DNA of 64,000 nt from Erysipelotrichaceae bacterium (lineage in GTDB: Bacteria; Bacillota_I; Bacilli_A; RFN20; CAG-826), in contig SVBE01000003.1 of NCBI GenBank assembly GCA_015059065.1, positions 2,000 through 65,999 on the forward strand. The letters run 5' to 3'. The notes under the pieces were generated by a model. The model did no database searches, was not told the origin of the DNA, and saw only the letters and a program-made list of their open reading frames with translations. Both the position numbers and the translations under genes were made by a program. Positions within the stretch are counted from its first letter, which is position 1. The number at the start of each line of letters is the position of its first letter. Of the stretch, positions 58,851-64,000 are shown piece after piece.

Positions 58851-59036
58851 AAATACCCGCTACCTTACTAGTAAGGTTAATATAGAAAAGAGGCAATTCT
58901 ACGGGAAATGCTTCAAGCACAGAAGGGTGATAGTCCACCCTTGGTAAGTATAAGCCTCCACATCGTTACTTATACGACAGCAAAGAGTCATAGAGACTAT
59001 TCGTAAACTTATTGGAGTAAGTGGCTCGATGCGACC
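58851..59036 (+). ncRNA. Putative structured RNA in the tRNA-Ala 3' trailer (multiple hairpins and pseudoknots)
   Basis: Seven stems plus three long-range complementarities (see findings); no plausible ORF; ends at a terminator. Confidence 0.6.
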
Positions 59037-59060
59037 ATCTTCCGTTTAGGAAGATTTTTT
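59037..59060 (+). terminator. Intrinsic terminator
   Basis: ATCTTCC-GTTTA-GGAAGAT-TTTTT. Confidence 0.85.
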
Positions 59061-59183
59061 ATTTTGAAGTTTCGTATCTAAGCAGTTCCCTAGTAGTGAA
59101 AATTCCCGTTTTTTCGGGGAAATGTGCTTGCTTCCCTCTCTTTTATAAATTAACATTAATGTATTAATGAGAGTAAATATTCT

Positions 59184-62090
59184 ATGAAAAGAAAAACGTT
59201 TTTAATTATCTCCTCTATTATCGCTTTGTTATTTGGAAGTGCTACTTTTGCTGTCAGCCACTTTTCTGTAGATAAGCAAGTACAAACAGCCTATGCGGCT
59301 AACCCCATTTCATATATCTATAAAACTTGGGATGGAATCCATGATTCTGTACAAAGTGAAGCAAAAAGCTGTGATGACTATGAAGTAGTGACCTCTACTA
59401 AGAAAAATTGGCTTAATGGTTGGTATGTCGTTAATAATAACGTTTCTATATCAGAACGTATAATCGCTTCTGGAACTATTAATTTAATCATTTGCGATGG
59501 AAAAACATTAGCGGCAAATAAAGGCATACATTTATCTGAAGGTGCGACTTTAAACATTTATACTCAAGCCTTAGGAACGGGTACTATTATTGCTAATGGT
59601 ATTAAATCTTCTGCTGGTATTGGAGGTTCTTCTCTAGGTTCTAATAGCGGCGCTGTTAACATTTATGGTGGTTTTATCACCTCTAATGGTGGTGAAAATG
59701 GTGCTGGTATTGGTGGTGGTAACTCTGGAAACGGTGGTACAGTCACCATCTATGGAGGAACGATTAATACGACTGGTGGTCTAGGCGCTAGTGGTATTGG
59801 TAATGGTAATTCTGGTGGCGGTGGTACAGTCACCGTCTATGGAGGCACTGTAAACGCCATTGGAAGCTATCCTGGTAATGGTATTAGTGGAACTTTATTA
59901 ATTCCTAATAATATGGTTGTTTTGGGAAACTCTACTCAAGCCCCAACTTATAGCGATGATCAACAAACTAATTATGCAACAAATCGTTGGAAATATATGA
60001 CTATTATGCATGTGCATATTTGGTCATATGTCGCTAACGGAAATACCATTACTGCCTCATGTTCAAGCGAAGATTGTGTGGAAAATGAAGGATTAACACT
60101 TACCGTTTACGCTAATAATGCTGAATATGATGGAGATGACCACAAAACGGCATCAATCAAATCCGAATATAATACATTAGCCTTTACTAATCCAACTATT
60201 TCATATTTTCAAAACGGTAATCCAGTTGATGAATGTGTTAATGCCGGAACTTATGAAGCAAGAGTCACCGTTGGTGGTGCAACAGCGGTCAAACAATTCG
60301 TGATTGAAAAGGCTTGGCCGATGATAATACAAGCTCCACAAGTATATGACGATGACCATTACCGTTATACTGGCAATTATAAATATTTGATTATACCAGG
60401 ATCTGCTATAGTCGAAGGCGGAGCATATTATTTTAGAGTCGGTAAAAACGGGGAATTTTCATCAGATTATCCTCAAGCCAAGGATGTTGGTACCTATACC
60501 GTCTATATGAAAGTTGTTGGCGATGCTAATCATGCTGATGATGATGAAATATATGGTATCACTTTTAACATTATGGAAGCTGATTCGAAAATAACAACTA
60601 GTCCAAAAGCCATAGGAAACCTAGTCTATAATCAAGAACCTCAGGCACTTATAAATGCAGGCGTTGCTACTGGTGGAACAATTAAATATAGATTTGAAGG
60701 TGAAGAATCTTTTTCTGATGATATTCCAACTGCAACTAACGCTGGCGAATATATTATTGAATATTATGTAGAAGCAGATTATGGCTACACTGATTCAGCC
60801 GTGTTTTCTGTCCGTTCTACCATTGAAAAAGGTGATATAAATCCAGCTCTCAGTCTTTCTAATTGGATATATAATGGTGAACCATCAACCCCAGTACTCA
60901 CAGGTAATAATGGAAATGGTGAAGTTATTTATGAATATAAAGAAGTTGAAGCTGATGATAGTTATTATTCCACTGATGTCCCAACTGATGTCGGAACTTA
61001 TACTATAAGAGCGACGATAGAAGAAACGGATAACTATTTTGGCGGTAGTGCCACTTGTGATTTTAGTATTACGCAAGCAACTCCAACGGATTATTCTAAA
61101 CCTCCTTACTTAATGGCTTCTTATGGCGATAAATTATCCAGCGTTATTCTTCCAGCTAATTGGACATGGAAATCTCCTGATGATTTAGTCGGTGATGCTG
61201 GTAAGAGGGAACATGTTGCCATCTATAATCCAGATGACCCAAATTATAAGGCAATAGAGGTTACATTAACTGTTTCTGTTTCGACTATCGTACCAACTGA
61301 TTATGATATTCCGACTAATTTAAAAGGAACTTATGGCCAAACATTAGCGGATATTGATTTACCATCTGGTTGGACTTGGGACAAACCAAAGACGAAGCTG
61401 GATAGGGTTGGAAATAACTATTATGATGCAATTTATACGATTGATGACCCAAATTATCACATCGCAATGGAAGTGTTGACAGTTAAGGTCGAACAAGCTA
61501 CTCCAACGGGATATGATATCCCAACTGGACTAGAGGCAAATTCAGGAGATAAATTATCCAGCGTTATTCTTCCAACTAATTGGTCATGGAAATCTCCTGA
61601 TGATTTAGTCGGTGATGCTGGTAATAGGGAACATGTTGCCATCTATACTCCAGAAGACAAGAATTATAAAGATGTCGAAGTCTCATTAACTGTTTTAGTG
61701 AAAGATTCTTCAACTCCAACTCCAGATCCAACTCCAGGCCCAACACCAGATTCAAATCCAGATTCAAACTCATACTCAAATCCAGATTCAAGTTCAGAAC
61801 CAGCACCAGACTCAAATCCTGATTCAAGCTCATACTCAAATCCTGATTCAAGTTCAGAACCAACACCAGACTCAAATCCAGATTCAAGCTCATACTCAAA
61901 TCCTGACTCAAATCCAAAACCAACCCCGGAACCACCAAGTGATAATAATAACAATTTTCCTGTAGGAGCGATTGTCGGTATCGCTGCTGGTTCTACGGTT
62001 ATTGCCAGCACTGGAATATTTGCGTTAATCTGGTTTGGTATTAAGAAGAAGAGCTGGGCAGATTTATTAGCGATATTTAAAAAGAAATAA
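59184..62090 (+). CDS. Large membrane-anchored surface protein: Gly-rich beta-helix-like region, Ig/MBG-like repeats, Pro/Ser/Asp stalk, C-terminal TM
   Basis: Signal peptide; AGIGG...GGTVTIYGG repeats; Y.G...NAGTY repeats; three 'Y(G)..L..V.LP..W.W' repeats; PDSN stalk; TM plus KKK tail. Confidence 0.85.
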   Translation: MKRKTFLIISSIIALLFGSATFAVSHFSVDKQVQTAYAANPISYIYKTWDGIHDSVQSEAKSCDDYEVVTSTKKNWLNGWYVVNNNVSISERIIASGTINLIICDGKTLAANKGIHLSEGATLNIYTQALGTGTIIANGIKSSAGIGGSSLGSNSGAVNIYGGFITSNGGENGAGIGGGNSGNGGTVTIYGGTINTTGGLGASGIGNGNSGGGGTVTVYGGTVNAIGSYPGNGISGTLLIPNNMVVLGNSTQAPTYSDDQQTNYATNRWKYMTIMHVHIWSYVANGNTITASCSSEDCVENEGLTLTVYANNAEYDGDDHKTASIKSEYNTLAFTNPTISYFQNGNPVDECVNAGTYEARVTVGGATAVKQFVIEKAWPMIIQAPQVYDDDHYRYTGNYKYLIIPGSAIVEGGAYYFRVGKNGEFSSDYPQAKDVGTYTVYMKVVGDANHADDDEIYGITFNIMEADSKITTSPKAIGNLVYNQEPQALINAGVATGGTIKYRFEGEESFSDDIPTATNAGEYIIEYYVEADYGYTDSAVFSVRSTIEKGDINPALSLSNWIYNGEPSTPVLTGNNGNGEVIYEYKEVEADDSYYSTDVPTDVGTYTIRATIEETDNYFGGSATCDFSITQATPTDYSKPPYLMASYGDKLSSVILPANWTWKSPDDLVGDAGKREHVAIYNPDDPNYKAIEVTLTVSVSTIVPTDYDIPTNLKGTYGQTLADIDLPSGWTWDKPKTKLDRVGNNYYDAIYTIDDPNYHIAMEVLTVKVEQATPTGYDIPTGLEANSGDKLSSVILPTNWSWKSPDDLVGDAGNREHVAIYTPEDKNYKDVEVSLTVLVKDSSTPTPDPTPGPTPDSNPDSNSYSNPDSSSEPAPDSNPDSSSYSNPDSSSEPTPDSNPDSSSYSNPDSNPKPTPEPPSDNNNNFPVGAIVGIAAGSTVIASTGIFALIWFGIKKKSWADLLAIFKKK
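61128..61646 (+). repeat. ~100-bp near-identical direct repeat, 420 bp apart, inside the surface protein
   Basis: gataaattatccagcgttattcttcca...gaacatgttgccatctata at 61128 and 61548. Confidence 0.9.
61740..61925 (+). repeat. 60-bp tandem repeat (about 3 copies) encoding PDSNPDSSSYSNPDSSSEP(A/T)
   Basis: caccagactcaaatcc(a/t)gattcaagctcatactcaaatcc recurs at 60-nt period. Confidence 0.9.
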
Positions 62091-62111
62091 TTAAAAAGAG
62101 GAGATTTTATA

Positions 62112-64000
62112 ATGAAACGTAAAAAAATGAAGAAAAATGCCCCTATTTCGACAGTGATAGTTATGTCGATGATGGTAGGAAGTCTTGTTGGTTGTAGTGG
62201 TGGTAAAGACACACCCAAAGAAACTATTGAAGTTGAAGCAGCTGATGTTGCCTTTAACAAAGATGGTAGATATACTACAACAATTAGTGCAAAAGATGTA
62301 AAACTCAACGATTTAACGACTAATAACTTCGAAGTTTACTATGAGGAATTCTTAAGCGAATACACTGATTTTCAAAAATTGAGAGTTAATTCTAATAGTG
62401 AAGATAATTCTAATTCCCCTAATGATGATTCGGAAAAAGAGATAGATTACACAAAACTTTTTACCCAAAAAGCTGTTGTTGAAAACGTTACCACTGATGA
62501 GAATGGTGATTATGCCATCACTTTTATCGATAAAAAAACTTCAGAGTATACAACACGTTATTATCTTTCGCTTAAAGAGGTTAATGCATATGCTTTTGTC
62601 AATGTTAATTTTGCAAATATGTCATTAACAGCTGACTTACAAAGCGTATACTCAGGAAGTTCAAAATTTCGTGTTGCCCTTACTATTGATGGTGGCGAAT
62701 TTGAAGACGACATCAGTGAAGCCGATCTTTACCGAACTAATGCTTTTGAAAAACTTGATCTTGAAATTATTTCCAAATCTAGCCATAATCTCACTCTTAA
62801 TGTTGAAGGTGAAATAGAAAGAAATGTAGCTGGTGCATATCAGTGGGGCGTTCTTGGTATAAAAGCTTCTGGGATTAAAAATGGTTATACCGATATTGAA
62901 ACTAAAATTGATATAATCCTTGACTATGCAGGATTTGATGCCTCATCTCTTCAATATATTGATGGCAAAGTACGTGGCAATCTCAAAATATACGGTGTGG
63001 CAGATGTTGATTCTCTTACTGAAGATAAAATAATTATTGATGGGGCAATTGTTGAAGGTCTTGTTAAGGTCGATGATAATACACTTGAACTCACTATGAC
63101 TGCTCCAGGTGCTGAGAGTATTAATGATTTCGTTGATGCTATAAGTGGTAAAACTATGACCCTTGAAAAATATGAAACAACTGTGGAGTTGTCTCAGGCC
63201 ACTTTCTATCCAGTTTTTGATAAGATTGAGGAATCTGGTGACAATTTTGAAATCGTTACAAAACTGTATATTTATAGCGGAACAATTTCCGATTCGATCG
63301 ATACTAATAGTGTTGTGTTAAGCGGCTTTTTTGCTGATGGTAGCGTTAAATCAATAACGAAAGAGAATGATAATCTTGCAACACTCGTCATATCCACACC
63401 TCGAGGTGATATGAATGAAGAGAATTATTCATTTGATGGTGGAATCACCTTACTTGCTGGCAACCTTATTAACGCTTGGGGAAGTGAAACAACAAAAGAT
63501 TATTCATATTCAAGAAATTATTCTGTTGAGACACTAGGTAAAGCCGTTTCTTTAAATAATGATACTCTCCTCGCTATCCAACAATATACAAGGGGTCTTA
63601 ATACAACATTTGGTACCATCTGTTATTATGGCGGTATTATTGGACAGGTGGCAAGTATTGGTAAAACCATTCTTGAAATGACTGGCACTATTCAATCAGA
63701 TCATGCTCAAGTGATGGAAAAACTTACTGAAATGAATAAGAAACTTGATAACATACAAACAGGTATCAACGATATTAAAGCCAGCATTTCTAAATTAATT
63801 GCAATGGCAAGAGAAGCCAAGATTCGTGACCTCAAAAAACAAGTTGATGAGTTTGAAACACTTCTTATTGATTTTAATAATGCATTAACTGATGTAAGCG
63901 CCATACAACAACGCGCAGCATTTGATTTAGCTATGGAAGATGCAGTTGTTAGGGGTCAGCTTGATGAAGTGCCATCATTTGCTGGTTTATCCGCCGCAGA
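62112..64000 (+). CDS. Large lipoprotein, truncated by window end (>629 aa): beta-rich domains, then hydrophobic helix and coiled coil
   Basis: AGAGGAG RBS; MKRKKMKKNAPISTVIVMSMMVGSLVGC lipobox; frame open to the window end, so absent from the ORF track. Confidence 0.85.
   Translation, partial: MKRKKMKKNAPISTVIVMSMMVGSLVGCSGGKDTPKETIEVEAADVAFNKDGRYTTTISAKDVKLNDLTTNNFEVYYEEFLSEYTDFQKLRVNSNSEDNSNSPNDDSEKEIDYTKLFTQKAVVENVTTDENGDYAITFIDKKTSEYTTRYYLSLKEVNAYAFVNVNFANMSLTADLQSVYSGSSKFRVALTIDGGEFEDDISEADLYRTNAFEKLDLEIISKSSHNLTLNVEGEIERNVAGAYQWGVLGIKASGIKNGYTDIETKIDIILDYAGFDASSLQYIDGKVRGNLKIYGVADVDSLTEDKIIIDGAIVEGLVKVDDNTLELTMTAPGAESINDFVDAISGKTMTLEKYETTVELSQATFYPVFDKIEESGDNFEIVTKLYIYSGTISDSIDTNSVVLSGFFADGSVKSITKENDNLATLVISTPRGDMNEENYSFDGGITLLAGNLINAWGSETTKDYSYSRNYSVETLGKAVSLNNDTLLAIQQYTRGLNTTFGTICYYGGIIGQVASIGKTILEMTGTIQSDHAQVMEKLTEMNKKLDNIQTGINDIKASISKLIAMAREAKIRDLKKQVDEFETLLIDFNNALTDVSAIQQRAAFDLAMEDAVVRGQLDEVPSFAGLSAA

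Noticed and set aside
58850-58920. Theta/HDV-like ribozyme directly after the tRNA
   Set aside because: No G at +1 and no compact nested double pseudoknot adjacent to the tRNA end; element is much longer
58756-58938. 60-aa minus-strand ORF
   Set aside because: Antisense to tRNA-Ala and the structured trailer; no coding features
58851-59036. Conventional group I intron
   Set aside because: P7-like strands are in the wrong order, and there is no interrupted gene or recognisable splice sites
61740-61925. 60-bp repeats as CRISPR or type III antitoxin array
   Set aside because: Encode the Pro/Ser/Asp stalk of a surface protein, in frame
1044-63904. Many short antisense or alternate-frame ORFs in the ORF track (e.g. 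1344-1763, 7713-8072, 36914-37417, 61664-62308, 63707-63904)
   Set aside because: Shadows of well-supported genes; no RBS or family motifs

Overview
AT-rich chromosomal segment of a small-genome Bacilli/Firmicute; gene content and style suggest an RF39/RFN20-like gut lineage (inference). Standard code 11, with TGA used as stop. It starts in the usually origin-proximal yidC-jag-mnmE block and is mostly housekeeping: tatD-rnmV-rsmA-ispE, ROK kinase, ppdK, a pckA-oadA-oadG-biotin carrier-oadB Na+-pump operon with birA nearby, transporters, two ATP-grasp ligases, DUF1538 plus two PII-like genes, yfhO, dnaX-ebfC-recR-tmk-holB-ricT-rsmI, prfA-prmC-tsaC-rpiB, comFA/comFC, secA, prfB (programmed +1 frameshift), uvrB, secG, a Y-family polymerase with YolD, rmuC and tRNA-Ala(CGC), followed by accessory surface-protein genes. 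Two non-coding signals stand out. (1) A lone basic, PemK/MazF-like ORF (45626-45991) is followed on the opposite strand by two tandem, mutually homologous promoter-hairpin-U-tract units, a candidate RNA-antitoxin system. (2) A ~210-nt, densely structured, multi-pseudoknot RNA sits directly behind tRNA-Ala and is probably co-transcribed with it. Also seen: paired DnaA boxes at the mutagenic polymerase/rmuC promoter, an orphan IS200/IS605-type right end, and an unannotated 38-aa membrane peptide. All calls are by eye; no database searches were run.
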